Assembly (NCBI RefSeq): GCF_006345805.1
Contig: NC_043015.1
Span: 18,166,001-18,230,000, forward strand
Direction: 5' to 3'
Length of the DNA: 64,000 nt
DNA from: Octopus sinensis
Lineage: Eukaryota
Shown here piece by piece: positions 23,924 through 38,644 of the stretch. Under the pieces are notes generated by a model. It searched no databases and was not told the origin of the DNA. It saw only the letters and a program-made list of their open reading frames with translations. Within the stretch, counting starts at the first letter, position 1. Each line of letters begins with the position of its first letter. Position numbers and translations under genes: made by a program.

Positions 23924-26683
23924 TGCCCCCCTGATCTACAGATCACTGAACCTTCTTTCTCACTCGCTCCCCACTCCCGAACTCGCACCCTAACTGATTT
24001 CATAATCAGCCAACCAGGGAGGAGGGTGCCGTTCCCTCTGTGGTCACAGTGCGACCCTAGGACTTGTTCCTGGTATGTTGCTACTGGCCTCATCATCCTG
24101 TCTACTGGTGTTGTTTTCATCTTGCCCACTGCTGCTGGTCCCATCCTCTGAGGCATGGACAATCCTCCGTGTATCCAAAATGTGGTGTGGCATACCATCG
24201 ACCGAAATGTTATTCTTTGAATTTACAGAGGTTATTGTCCCCTTTCCCCATTGTGATGTACACCGTGCATTTGGGGGTTTTACCCAGACTTCCTCCCCGA
24301 CCTGCACGAAAGCGTGCTCTTCCTCTGCCCCAAGTCGCATTGATGTAGTACACGGATGCCTCCACTCGTACCTGAATATTGCCCTGTGTGGCACCGACTC
24401 CTCAGCCTGTCCTGATCTGGGCGACATATTGTACCAAAATATGGCCTCGATTGGTGAAATGTGACCCCTATCTGCCATGGCCTTGATGGTACGATGATGC
24501 CTTTCCACCACCCCATTTCCACTTGGCCGGTATGCCGCCCTGAAGAAGCGGTTGACCTTCCACTCATCAAGCATTTCTTTCAGCACCTCCGAGCGAAATG
24601 CAGTGCCATTGTCCAGAAGCAGTTAATCCACGGGGCTTCGTTCCAGGAATATCTCATTCAACACTTTCACAATTTCTTCTGCGGTCCCCATCTTCATCTC
24701 CCTCCATATGGCCAACCGCCCCGGTCCGCAGTCAACGATTGAGAGGTATGTCCCCTGCCGGTAGTGTGTTATGTCCACCGCCAGTCGTTTCCAGTCATGG
24801 TCCACTGGAATACTTCCCGCTTCATGTACGACCGGAGCAGGGTCGATGGACTGGCACCTGTCACAACTGCTAACCACTCTCTGCACGCTCTGTCTTGTTA
24901 CGTCGGAGTCAACTTTTCTGGCTAGGAACAATGTCCTGTCCACACCCATGTGATGCATGGTGTGCAGTCTCCGCAACTCCGAGTCGCTAAGATGGCATAC
25001 TGCAGCTACAGCCTGCTTCGCATCCTCTGGCACCTGCAACCAGGCTTGCTTTACCCTGGTCAGGACGTCTGCCCTGTTCTTCTCGGAAGGCACAAAGATC
25101 ACGCTCAGCTTCAGATTGAACACAGTGGTTAGTTCATGCAGTATTCCCAATCGACGCTTTACCAGCATCTCTGCAGCCCCTTTGGTCCGCACCCTCCGCT
25201 CATCGGTGATGACTGCTGTCGCCCAACCAAGTACAGTGGCCGAATCAGTCCTGATTTCTATGGTGTGCAACCCCCACTTCAAGGCTAGGTTCACCCCCTT
25301 CAACACGGCATCCAACTCCGCCACATTGATATGATTGAAGTCATCTGTCTTCCTGATCCAGGCTGCATCTTCCACCATGACACCTCCCACTTCTAAGACA
25401 ACCCCTATTGCGATGCTACTGGCGTCACACCATACAATCCCGCTCTTTGATTTGGGAACATACCAGCTGCCCCTCACTGGGTCCTCTGCTCCTACTCTGA
25501 CCAAGACTTCCTGCATCATGTTGATCGTCCTCTCCCCCACTCTATCATTCCACTTCACTCCTTCGGCTCGTCTCTTGATGAAGCTACATGCTGTTTGGAG
25601 CCAACCTGCAATCAGGTAATGTCCCACCAGCTTCCCACGCACAGAGAACAGTTCCCGTCTACTCATGCTGGTGCTCAGTTCAGGGACCTCATTCCCTCGC
25701 CGGAACACCAACGCGCCAGCCTTGTCTCTCCATAGCTTGAGGCCCAGTGCAGCACCTCCCTCCATTGCCTCTGGCGGCTTGGCAATCAGTCCAAAACTCT
25801 TCAGGTGGCCTATGACCTCCGTTACTGGTATCACGGTTTCATCCACCAGAATGTCATCGATGTACGAATTGGTGGCCCTTTTTACTCTATCCACCTTCCT
25901 CAGGATGGCCTTGAGAATTGTTGCCATAATCTTTGGTGCTGAATTCAGCCCGAATCCCAACCTGGTCAGACAGTACGTCCGGCCCTTATACCTGACGAGC
26001 TGGTACTTCCATAATTTCTCAGCCACATGCACCTGTAGGTATGCCGACTTCAAATCAACAATCATGGAGGCCCCTGTCATCTTCCTCCACTCTCGCAAGG
26101 TTACTCCGCAGACATCCGTGGCCTCGCCGCCTGTATGACATGACACGTGGTCGTTCAGCTCTCGGAAGTCAAGCACTGGCCTGACCTTACGCTTTGTGGG
26201 CTGTATCACCGCCATCAGTGGTAGGACTCCGCTCTCTCCTTTTTCCCAAGGGATCAATATGCCCTCTTTAATCCACCGCTCCACCTCCCCCTCAAACTCT
26301 CTTCTGGCATCTCCTTTTAGAGTATGCTGATAGCAGCCCACTTTATTCTTTAACATTGGAGGCTCTCCCTTCCAGTGCCACTCCACTGTCCACCTCTTGC
26401 CATCAAAGACAGCCCGAAAATCCTGGTCTTCAATGGTGTGCGCAGCATCCTTTTCCTCACGGTTGTCTCCGGTGCATGGTCTCGCCCTACACGGTTTCCC
26501 CGCTAACCCAAACGTTACACCAGCCTCGTTAACAGTGACACCTCCCAAGTGGGTGATTGCATCCATCCCCATCACCACGTCAATCTCGTCCACCAAGTGA
26601 CCAACCACAATCGCTCGCAACGTCAGCTGTAGTCCCTGCACTACAATCTGCGCATCTGTAACCCCTTCGCAGTGTACTTCCAA
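23644..26683 (-). mobile_element. LTR retrotransposon (PR-RT-RNaseH-integrase order), 5'-truncated, with 3' LTR
   Basis: The pol frame runs 26683 to 24044 with one premature TAA (24625-23) in integrase. Motifs: DVVMGMD, VRPVLDFRELN, DLKSAYLQV, YIDDIL, WCDAS..INVAEL..RTDS, HHCC (HTMHH..CDRC), AVDITH..DNGTAF..GNGVVERHHRTIK. PPT AGGGGGG lies at 23932-23926. No gag or 5' LTR is present. Confidence 0.92.
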
Positions 26684-28352
26684 ATTGCTAAGTTATGTGG
26701 ACATAAATAAACCAGTACCTCTTGTCAAGCAATTGTAGGGAACAAACACAAAGATGTTCACAAATACATACGTATATATCATCATCTTAATGGGAAAATG
26801 AATGTTAAAATGATGATGATGATGATGATATATGATGGGCTTCCATTCAATATCCATCCACCAGATCCTCTCAGAGGGTATTTGTCAGTCTAAGACTATA
26901 GTAGCTGATTTTTATGTTACATGTATTATACACGGGACAATACACTCTACACTGTATGCTACAGACTGTATTATACAGCACTATTCATTATATTATGTAC
27001 ACTACTATACACTATTATACGCTACTATATAAGATTCCTAAGCTTAGTCCATTTGGCTCTAAATAGGAACCATAAGTAGATATATGTTATCAATGCGATT
27101 AAAAACTTAAAGGTTTTATGTTATAAAAATATGAAAAAATGTACAGTATATATGATAAGTTTCTTGTTGAGAATTTTTATAATTTATTAATTTGTAAGGT
27201 AAAAGATGGTTCTAAAATATTGATATTGGTTTCAAATTTTGGTACTAGGCTATTATTTTCTGCGGAGCAGATAAGTTAATTACATTGCATTAGTGTCAAA
27301 TTAATAACGCAGTCAATTAATTACCTACCTATCTGAAACCCACCCACATACATACATACACCCCCCCACAAATGCATGCATACACCCGCCGGATGTGATA
27401 GTGGAATAGTTGAAAATAACTCGGTGACAGATCAGCTGCTATATCAACCATCACCATGCATATGTCATACACTCTCCTTACATTCTTCCTTCCTCTTCAA
27501 CCATTTAGCTGCAACACTTCCTACAAATCTTCCTCAACTATCCTGGTTAAGAGAGTACTGGATAAAAAATTTAAAATCACACATATAAATACATGAGGAT
27601 GTACAAGTTGTCTGAGAGGGTCAGAGCCCTGCCAATTTCTTTTTAAGACAACTTTACTTTCAGTGGCTCTCCTTTAGTATCCAGTACTCATTTTAAATCC
27701 ATCAAATTCCTCCTTCAAGAGGGTTGATGAAGCAAAACAGAAAAACTTACCCAAAGAAGAGAGACAATTTTCCTATATAAGTGACAACATTCTTTAACCA
27801 AATGCATCCAAATGCACTTGAAAACTTTGTTAATTTTACAGAGTTGAAACTGAGTATGTCGTTCCTGTCAGTGTTATTTACAGCAACAACAACAGCAGCA
27901 GCAACGACGATGACAACAACAACAACAACAAAGGGCAGATGAACTCAGAGTCAACAGCCATCTAACTATATGTCAGGCCACTCATTGTGCTATTGGCAAA
28001 ATGCAATTCAATACAACCTATTTTATGGTCAAACCAACAGCAATTAAATTGGCAGCCCTACCAAGCATTTGACTGGCAAGGAGGGTGTATGTGTTGGATT
28101 AAAAACACAACCTGTAAAAGTGTGGATAATATCAATAGATTCAATGGCCATCAAACTATGAGTGATAGATTGTGCATGTACGTATATATGTATATATGTA
28201 TGTATGTATATATGTATGTATGGATGGGTGGATGGATGTATGGATGGATGTATGTATGCATGTATGTAAAACTTACTTGGAAGAAGACGCGTGGCGTTCA
28301 ATCATATAATAACAATTTAATAAATAAAACATATCCATGCATACATACATAT

Positions 28353-28775
28353 ATGTACATACCTACATCTATATGTATATATACATGCATATATGGATAC
28401 AGGACACCACAAAAAAAAAAAACGTAGAACACAACGAGAAACGAAAACATAAAAACAAAACAAGGAAACAGACTTTTTTTAACAAATGAAAAAACAGAGT
28501 ACAAGACATACAACACAAGGAACATTCCCCTTCTTCAGCTGCCCCTGCTTCGACTACTCCATGTTTCGAAGGTAAGGGCATTGAGTCGAAGCAGGGGCAG
28601 CTGAAGAAAGGGAATGTTCCTTGTGTTGTATGTCTTGTACTCTGTTTTTTCGTTTATTAAAAAAAGTCTGTTTCCTTGTTTTGTTTTTATGTTTTCGTTT
28701 CTCGTTGTGTTCTACGTTTTTTTTGTGGTGTCCTGTACCCATATATGCATGTATATATACATATAGATGTAGGTA
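28353..28775. repeat. Fold-back inverted repeat, arms of about 200 bp with a 28-nt spacer
   Basis: 28353-28555 is the near-perfect reverse complement of 28584-28775. Confidence 0.9.
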
Positions 28776-29800
28776 TGTATGTATGTATATATGTATGTAT
28801 GGATAGATGCATGGATGGATGCATCTATGTATGTATGGGTGGATGGATGGAACTATGTTACAATGTATGCATGTTTGTATGTATATATGTATGTATGTAT
28901 GGATGTGTGGATGGATGGATGGATGGATGGATGGATGAATGTATGGATTATGTATGTATGTATGTAAGTATGGATGGATGAAGGTATGTTATAATGTATG
29001 TATGCATATATGTATGTATCTATGTATAGATGGATGGATCTATGTATGGATGGATGGATGGATGTATTTTTAGTATGGATGAATGATAAAATGTATGTAT
29101 GCATGTCTGTATGTATGTATTGAGGGATATATATACGTATTGATGGATGTATGCATGTATGCATATGTTTTATTTATGTATGTATGTATGTATGCATACA
29201 TGCACGTATGTATCTAAGTATGTATGTATGCATGTATGAACAGATGTATGAATGTATGGATTATGTATGTATGTATGCATGTATGTAAGTATGGATGGAT
29301 GAAGGTATGTTATAATGTATGTATGTTTGTATGCAGTTATGTATGTATCTATGTATAGATGGATGGATCTATGTATGTATGTATGTATGTATGCATGTAT
29401 GTATGTATGTATGGATGGATGGATGTATTTAAGTATGGATGGATGGATGATAAAATGTACGTACGCATGTATGTATGTATGTATTGAGAGATATATATAT
29501 ACGTATTGATGGATGTATGCATGTATGGATGTATGTATGTATGCATATGTTTTATTTATATATGTATGTATGTATATATTTAGGTATGTGCGTATGTATG
29601 TATGCATATATGCATGTATGTATCTAAGTATGTATGTATGCATGTATGAATGGATGTATGTATGTGTGTAAGTATGTATGTATGTATGTATGGATGTATG
29701 GATGGATGTCTGGATGTATGTATGTATGTATGGATGGATGGATGGATGCATGTATGTTTTGTATTGATGTATGTATGTATCTGTGGATGGATGAATGGAT
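28775..29800. repeat. (ATGT/ATGG)n compound microsatellite with higher-order duplication
   Basis: About 1 kb of tetranucleotide repeats. The block GTATGGATTATG..GAAGGTATGTTATAATG..GATGGATCTATG recurs at about 28940 and about 29255. Confidence 0.9.
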
Positions 29801-29829
29801 GTGTATATATATAAAAACGTAGAAATACA

Positions 29830-32800
29830 CAAATTGGATGTAAGGAATTTTAATATGTTAAATGCACAGTTTGCAGGGGACATAAGGGGTCCGCGACTCG
29901 AAGTGGACGAGTCACTGATTAATGCGGACTTCACCCCCCCGACCAACAGGGACACCGTTGTAAAGGTAAGTAAAATGTCTCGTATTTGTATAGGGTGCAT
30001 AAATGTGCGTGGCCTGATGTCGAGCTGGAAGCAAGGGCGCTCCTAAATGACATCAGGTCACTGGAGCTAGATGTTGTTGTTGCCACAGAAACCCGGTTAA
30101 AGGGGCCAAGAGATCTGCTCCCGCTGTTCGATGGTTACGAGAGAATTATCTCTCCGAACCCGTCGGTCAGCGGAGGTGGGGTGTTGGTCCTGGTGAAAAA
30201 GAACCGGGTTTCTGGGAAAAAGTTGATTTTTGCAGATCCGGAAGGTAGGCTGGTCGTCGTCGATTTGACGTTCAGTAGTCGTAAGACAATCAGACTGGTT
30301 GCGGTTTACGCACCCAATAATAAGGGGAATAGTGAGTATTTTCGGAATCTGGAGAAGTTTCTGAGTACATCGTGCCCTTTAGTAATGTTAGGAGAATACA
30401 ACACAATCTGCGATGTGCGGGTAGACTGTGTAGGCTCGCAAACAGACAGGAAAGAAAATGCGTGCTTACTGGATCTACAAAGACGTTTTGAGCTGGTAGA
30501 TCCATATAGACTAGAACATCCGGACGCTCCATTGTGGACATGGTCAAACAGCGAAGGATCGTCAAGGTCTTACATAGATAGGATTCTAATTAGGAAGGTA
30601 GATAGAAACCTAGTTAAGAGTCCACAGCTCCACATAGTCAGCTACAGTGACCACAAGATGGTCACCTGTAAGCTAGACGTAGATAAGATAAATATAGGTC
30701 CTGGTTACTGGAAACTTAATACGTCCCTTTTGGCGATTAAGGAGTACAGTGACAGGATTAGGTTAATGATCCAGAGGGCCATGACCGGCTCCATTATCAA
30801 TAACAAATGGTGGTATGCCTTCAAGCGAGCCATAAGATATGAGTCTATTAGGTATAGTATAGATCTCGTAGCTAGAGAGGCTAGAAAAGAAACTACTCTA
30901 GTTAAGGACCTAGAGGAAGCAATGCGAACTGGCAACGCGACTCAGGTGAAGGCCAAGAGACTGGTTTTAAACCAGCACCTCGAAGCCAAACACATGGGCT
31001 GCATTTTCAGAGCTAGACAACGTACAATGGGGTGCGAAGGAATTAATGCCGCGGGATGGGCCCGAGTGGTGGAAGCCCAACGTGGTAACGATGCCACAAT
31101 TCGATCTCTGACGAACCAACAAAGTAAGTTGACAGACGAACCCGAGGAGATGTGTCAAGCTTTTCAGGACCAGTTCACCCGGCTCTTTGGGATGAGAGGA
31201 GAGACCTTACGGACCTCCTCGACGGGCTGCCGCGGCTATCGGGGCAGGACGCGGAGTGTAGTGAGAGGCCGATCACGCCTGAGGAGGTAATAGAGGCCAT
31301 GGCAGACTGCGGTGCGGGTAAGGCGCCGGGGATGGATGGTCTGCCCTACGAGCTTTATAAAAGTATGCCGGACTTGTTCGGGGACTTACTGGCGAACGTC
31401 TACGCGAACTGGCAGCAGAATGGGTTCATACCCAGATCAGTGCGCCGGGGAGTGGTGACACTAGTCAGGAAGGACCAGAGCAAGGGGGACGTCATTGATA
31501 ATTTCAGGCCCATCACTCTGCTTAACGCAGAGCTGAAAATATTGGCCAAAGTGTTATCGAACAGATTGGCGCGTGTCGCGAATGGACTGATCGGGAAAGT
31601 GCAAACGTGCGCCGTACCGGGCAGAACCATTCAGGATAATCTCCATCTAATTAGATACACGATAGAGGGAATGGATAATGATCCCGGCAAGGGAGAGGCA
31701 GTGGTCCATTTAGACCAGTCAAAAACTTTCGATAGGGTCGACCATCGTTACCTGGTGTCCGTCCTGGCTCAGTTCGGCCTGGGTCTTGGCTTCCTCAGGT
31801 GGATCATAGAATTGTATGACAACGTCGACTCGGTAGTTCGGGTGAACGGCTTTATTTCTAAGCCGTTCAAGGTCAAACGCTTGTTCCGTCAGGGATGTCC
31901 GCTCTCCCCGCTTTTGTATGTAGTGGCTCTCGAGCCGCTGCTGCGAAAACTGAGTAGCATCCCGAGGCAGCCAGGTCGTGGAATGTCGGTTTCGGCGTAT
32001 GCGGATGACATCACTATCATTGTGACCGAAATGGACCTCCTACGTAAAGTAGGCTAGGCCATAGAGGTTTACGAGACGGTGACAGGAGCAAAGGTTAATC
32101 GTGAAAAGTCAGTCGACTTGCAACTTGGCACCTGGAGAGGCAAGTCGATGCCCGATTAAGTTGCTCGGGGTCTGGTTTGGACCAAGCCTCCAAATAGAGA
32201 AGAACTGGAGCGAGGTATCGAGCAGGGTGACCGCAGTAGTCAAGACCTGGTCTTGGCGGTGGTTATCCCTGAAAGGTAGGGCGGAGGTAGCCAATGTGTT
32301 TATCGCATTGGTGATCACTTACCGCCTTGCCGTCGTGCCTTGCCCGGATTCGTGGTTGAACAAGTTGGAGAGACAGCTCTTTCACTTTTTGTGGAAGGGC
32401 TCGAAACCACTTGTGAGACGCTCTATTTGTTGTCAAAAACCGTTAAAGGGTGGACTAGGGATGCCGTGGCTAATGATGCACAGAAATGCGCTGAGGCTAA
32501 GGCACCTGTGGCTCCACCTGGATGGTGAACGGGTGTGGTCTCCGCTGGCGAAGCATATGTTCCCCAGGTTCACCAGTTTTGGTGGACGGGAAGACTGGTA
32601 TAATCGTAGATCGAAGTCGGGTACATGGTACACGGAGTGTCGTAAGGCACTCCGACTATTCCGTCGCTCGGGCAATGCCTGCGGCAGTGGTTCTACCGCT
32701 GTGTTTTATAGAGGGTTTGTAGAGGCCGGGTAACGATGATACGCTAGGGGAAACCCTAGGTTTCGACGATAATCAGCTGGCCAGTCTGTTCCAACGTACA

Positions 32801-33290
32801 TTCGGGCCGAAGGCACTGGATAATTTCCAGAAGTCTTTGGCTTGGAAGTGTTACCGAGGAGCCTTACCTGTTCGAGACAAACTTGCAAGGCATGGTGCCC
32901 CCAGTCAGCCCGACCTGCGCGAAATGTGGGCGAGACAGGGAAACCGTCTCGCATGCGATCGTGCAGTGCCCGGAGGTGACAGACATGTGGGTTTATGCCG
33001 AACAACTGATGTCAAGTGGAGGAAGAGTACAGCTATCAGCCGAATCCATTGTAAAAATCAGCCCACCTGATTTCTTAACGAAAGAATGTAAGAATTGTTT
33101 TCTCTCTGTGGTTTCAACTGCGAAACAGGCAGTATGGAAGACAAGTGTTCTAGTCTGGTGGAATATTTTAAATTCCACCTGAAAAGACAAATAGAACTGG
33201 AGAAGAGGAGCCTGAGTAAGAAAGTGTTTGATGAAAGGTGGAAAAATGTGGTGAGTAAAAGGTCCCTCACAAATACGAGATAGACCTGTG
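29830..33290 (+). mobile_element. L1/Tx1-clade LINE, ORF2 nearly complete but frameshifted; ORF1 mostly missing
   Basis: ATG at about 29976. Endonuclease: CINVRGL, ETRL, VAVYAPN, RSYIDRIL, SDHKMV, GPGYWKLN. RT: KAPGMDGLP, FRPITLLN, LDQSKTFDRVDH, RQGCPLSP, AYADDI. C-terminal CAKC..ETVSHAIVQC (CCHC). Confidence 0.93.
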
Positions 33291-34429
33291 AAAGAAAATC
33301 ACAAGGCTAAGTGTCGTGGCGGGGAGCGTGCGGTCCGCGGACCCGCCCCACTGCATTCGTCAATTTTGTTAAACTGTCTCTGTAATTTCATTCGAATTTT
33401 ATGTATCACTAAAATTTTTAATTGACCCCAAATATAGCATTTTAATGTATGATCATTCGTGATTGTAATGTTCATTTCTGTGTCGCCCCTAGTGGGTAAT
33501 AAAGAATTTGAAATTCGGCAAAGAAATGAATTTTCGGAATGTAGCCTGGAGGGTGTTTTCGTATTAATGGTTTGGACTTTGTGAACACATACCAATTGTT
33601 TTCATAACATTTTTAACGCTTTGAATTAAATGTGACCATTTTGCGTTGAGTCTGCAGTTTGAATCACTTTAACCAAATTTTACCAGGTCGGTTTTTTAAT
33701 CATCACGATACATCGCCAGCGACTCCCTGAAACTCTCCCATGAAATCCCCGTTGAGAAATACTGATCTAAAAGAATAATTCAACAATGCAATTATTTAAT
33801 GAACAAAAATTTATGAAATGCTTCTACGTACTTCCTATTGAGGAAATGGAACACATAAGCGCAAAAATAGAGGGCATTAAATGCTTGATTTTAAAACCAA
33901 AATAATTGAATTTTGATTTAGCTTCAATCGCGCGTGCATAGAACGCACGAGCCAGGCAATACTGCTAGTATATATATATATACTACACACACACACACAC
34001 ATATATATATACTACATACATACATATATACATATACACTATATGCATAAATATATACTACATACATACATATATGTATACACTATATACATATATATAT
34101 ATACTACATACATATATATACACTACATAAATATATATATATACTACATACATATATATATACACTACATAAATATATATATATATACTACATACATACA
34201 TATATATATATACACTACATATATATACACAACATACATATATATATATATATACATACACACACACATATATATATAGATATATATACACACTACATAC
34301 ATATATATATATACACTACATATGTATATATATATATACATACTACATACATATGTATATATATATATATATATATATACATACTACAGACATATATATA
34401 TACACTACATATACACTACATATACACTA

Positions 34430-35074
<645 letters not shown>

Positions 35075-35106
35075 TACATATATATATATATGTACATAGG
35101 CGTACC

Positions 35107-35147
<41 letters not shown>

Positions 35148-35177
35148 TATATATATGTACATACATATATGTATATA

Positions 35178-35343
35178 GGCGTAGGAGTGGCTGTGTGGTA
35201 AGTAGCTTGCTTACGAACCCCATAGTTCCAGGTTCAGTCCCACTGCGTGGCACCTTGGGCAAGTGTCTTCTACTATAGCTTCGGGCCGACCAAAGCCTTG
35301 TGAGTGGATTTGGTAGACGGAAACTGAAAGAAATCCGTCGTAT
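35178..35343 (+). mobile_element. tRNA-derived SINE, 5' half
   Basis: GGCGTAGGAGTGGCTGTGTGGTAAG (A box)..GGTTCAGTCCC (B box)..TTGGGCAAGTGTC. Same family as 36461-36872. Confidence 0.85.
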
Positions 35344-36277
35344 ATATGTATATATATATATTATATATTATATATATATAATATATATATATATAATATA
35401 TATATACATATATATATATATATACACATAAAGGGTGAAATATATAATTCATAAATTTCACCTAGTAGATTTTTCGGTATGGAAATGACCATATTTGGTA
35501 AAGATTATATTAATTATAATAAAGGGTTAATTGCAACAAGTTGCTCAAAACCACATACCAAAAATATTAGAAATAGCAGCCAAATAGGTCACTATTTCTA
35601 CTACTAGCAAAAAAGACTCCACAAACAAACAGAATTTGTAACCCGTATATGGTGAAGAGAAAGAAGACAACGAAATCCCAGCCTATTGGATTAATTATGG
35701 ACGAATTCGTTTCTGGATTATAATCGAAAGTTCATTTCCTTGTCAACATAATATTTCCTATAAATCTAGAAATGCTAGGAAAAAAACTCACCCATTACAC
35801 CAGCTCGACCAGGCGACATCGAACCATATAACGGTCCGCTAGCATCTCCACATTTATATAGACAGGCGAATTCGTATCTCCCTCCAAATACATATATATA
35901 TATTACATATATAAATAGATGAGTGTATATGTATATACTCATCTATACTATGGAGTTCGTAAGCAAGCTACTTACCACACAGCCACTCCTACGCCTATAT
36001 ACATATATGTATGTACATATATATATATATATACATGTAGGTACGCCTATGTACATATATATATATGTAGTATATATATATATATACACACATATGTAGT
36101 GTATATATATATATATATGTGTGTGTGTAGTGTATATATATATATATGTATGTAGTGTGTATATATATCTATATATATATGTGTGTGTGTATGTATATAT
36201 ATATGTATGTTGTGTATATATATATGTAGTGTATGTAGTGTATATATATATATGTATGTATGTAGTTTCAATTCTTC

Positions 36278-36365
36278 ACTTCCCTGAAGAGAAAATTACA
36301 TTGTTTTACACCATTTATTTCTTTGGAATAATATCAGTGAAATCTTTGAAACATGTGTCGGAAGT
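36278..36365 (+). ncRNA. Type I hammerhead ribozyme motif (GUC triplet)
   Basis: Stem I ACTTCC/GGAAGT (6 WC bp). CTGAAGA at 36284-90. Stem II GAAAATT/AATCTTT has one mismatch and a long loop. GAAAC at 36348-52. Helix III is AC-ATGT-GT with C17 at 36359. Confidence 0.72.
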
Positions 36366-36460
36366 AAAAGTATTTGAATTATACCTGCGTTAAACTCCAT
36401 TTATTTATTTATATATCATACAAAACAATTCCACATAAACCCAAAGTTTCTACTTTAAAA

Positions 36461-36872
36461 GGCGCAGGGGTGGCTGTGTGGTAAGTAGCTTGCTAACCAA
36501 CTACATGGTTCTGGGTTCAGTCCCACTGCGTGGCATCTTGGGCAAGTGTCTTCTGTTATAACCCCGGGCCGACCAATGCCTTGTGAGTGGATTTGGTAGA
36601 CGGAAACTGAAAGAAGCCTGTCGTATATATGTATATATATATATATGTATGTGTGTGTTTGTGTGTCTGTGTTTGTCCCCCTAACATTGCTTGACAACCG
36701 ATGCTGGCTGGTATATTTACGTCCCCGTCACTTAGCGGTTCGGCAAAAGAGACCGATATAATAAGTACTGGGCTTACAAAGAATAAGTCCCGGGGTCGAT
36801 TTGCTCGACTAAAGGCGGTGCTCCAGCATGACCGCAGTCAAATGACTGAAACAAGTAAAAGAGTAAAAAAGA
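36461..36872 (+). mobile_element. Full-length tRNA-derived SINE
   Basis: A/B-box head, internal (TA)/(TG) tract and a 3' tail GGCGGTGCTCCAGCATGACCGCAGTCAAATGACTGAAACAAGTAAAAGAG. Confidence 0.88.
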
Positions 36873-36943
<71 letters not shown>

Positions 36944-37159
36944 ATATATATATAATATATAAATAGATGAGTGTATTTTTCCCTTGTTAACAATTAAAAC
37001 AGAAAAAATAGATAAATAGTTACCAGGGTAGCAAAAAATCACACAAGAGGTTATAAGTCCTTGTTTTTAAAGTAGAAACTTTGGGTTTACGTGGAATTGT
37101 TTTGTATAATATATAAATAAATAAATGGAGTTTAACGCAGATATAATTCAAATACTTTT

Positions 37160-37247
37160 ACTTCCGACACATGTTCCAAAGATTTCACTGATATTATTCC
37201 AAAGAAATAAATGGTGTAAAACAATGTAATTTTCTCTTCAGGGAAGT
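37160..37247 (-). ncRNA. Hammerhead motif, inverted duplicate of 36278-36365 with a mutated core
   Basis: The same sequence in reverse complement, but GAAAC reads GGAAC. It is part of an inverted repeat of about 190 bp (36270-36460 / 37065-37262). Confidence 0.6.
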
Positions 37248-37499
37248 GAAGAAATGAAACTTGTCAATAAGACATTTTAACAGAAAATGATGGATATATA
37301 TAGCGATTTACTGAACTCCATTAATATTGTTTGAAAAAAACGTTATTTGATATAACGTCAGAAGTAGCCTATAGAAAGAGGAGGGATATTTTTTAGTGAA
37401 TGTTAAATATAAAAAGAAAATTAATTTTTAAATTATATATAATAATAGAGATTACTTATATGAACTAAAGGTGTGTTTTTGCCAATGTTTACCTCGGTA

Positions 37500-38640
37500 T
37501 GCACGCTCTATAACCATGTTTACTAGGGTCTTTTTAGAAAAAAATAATGAAAAATAGTTCAGAATAGGGAAGACAGAATTCCTTGCCTTTGTCATAAGGT
37601 ATCGAAATTGAGAGAATCAACCATTCTAAATTAAATTATTCATTGTGGTCTTTTTGATCCCAAATTAATTTACTGAGCCCTGTACTGTTACGTTTATTCC
37701 TATCCCTAAATGTTGAGTAATGGTTAGAAATTCTTTTACATAACTGTAACGACGTGCTTCCAATGTAAAATCATACTTTATTATGAGTACTGATTTTACA
37801 CTGGTATATAGAATTTTTAATTTTAGAGTTACTTGACATAAACTTAATTCTGTTGGAATTGACTTCAGATACAATAACCTTGTTATGAATATTTCTAGAG
37901 GGATGGATGGTATTAGCTAAATTAACGTTAGTATTAGTAAATGTATTAATATTCAACTGTTATTATGTGAAGAGATAATTTGTAAGAGATTTTTTGTGTT
38001 GGAAAAACCAATCCAAACCGTATGTGAATTGATAATAGAGTAATACCTAGAATTCTTTAGAAAATTCCTAATAATAGCTTGTCGAAACTGCAATGGGAGA
38101 TTAGATTTAATTTGCCTCCCGTATGGAAGAATGAGCCAAATATTTTTACTACTATTTATCTTATTTTTAGTGTAATTATCTTTGAAAGCCTTACATTTAC
38201 TTTTAGAATGATAATAAGGGATTAAATAAGGGTTATCTCTCTCCTCTGTTTTGTATCGGTGAATAAATTAAACTTGTTATCGTTTATTCCTTTACAACTA
38301 GATTTCATATCTATATTATTGAAGTTAGAATAAGACTGAATAGAATCAATGTAAAGAATTTTCTTTGTATAACCTGCAGAGTAAGGCAGAGTTATAAAAT
38401 TCAGCATTATCATTGAAAATGTTAACATTAGCAGATAACTTAGATAATCTAAATGAAATATTCTTAACTAAGTTCCTAGTAATTACCCTAGAATGATTAC
38501 TAAATTTGCTAATGTACTTTCTATAGGCTACCTTTGACGTTATATCGCTAAAATTCTTTTTAAAGAAACTTAATAGCATTCAGTTCATCACTTTACATAT
38601 CCATCATTTTCTGTGAAAATGTCTTGTTCATGAATTTTTT
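37500..38640 (-). mobile_element. Degenerate AT-rich Penelope-like element (Nematis-like), RT C-terminus to GIY-YIG
   Basis: Contains SNHSRVITRNLVKNISFRLSKLS..FNDNAEFYNSAL, WLILPYGRQIKSNL, GFSNTKNLLQIISSHN and CQVT..Y. These are homologous to SNHPPVIL..NAAPYYDSAL, WFNPAF and SYSCCRNFASYISQHN of the element at 59-60 kb. Confidence 0.7.
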
Positions 38641-38644
38641 CTTC

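Noticed and set aside
24771-26600. Several plus-strand ORFs of 60-157 aa
   Set aside because: They are antisense to the GC-rich LTR pol gene and have no independent motifs.
28775-29800. Regularly recurring blocks resembling a CRISPR-like array
   Set aside because: There are no constant repeats with unique spacers. It is a eukaryotic compound microsatellite with higher-order duplication, and no cas genes are present.
33300-33967. Possible hAT end (GTTGAGAAATACTG at 33751-64) and Helitron 3' end (hairpin plus CTAG near 33965)
   Set aside because: Only single termini are visible, with no partner end, TSD or coding remnant. Too weak to annotate.
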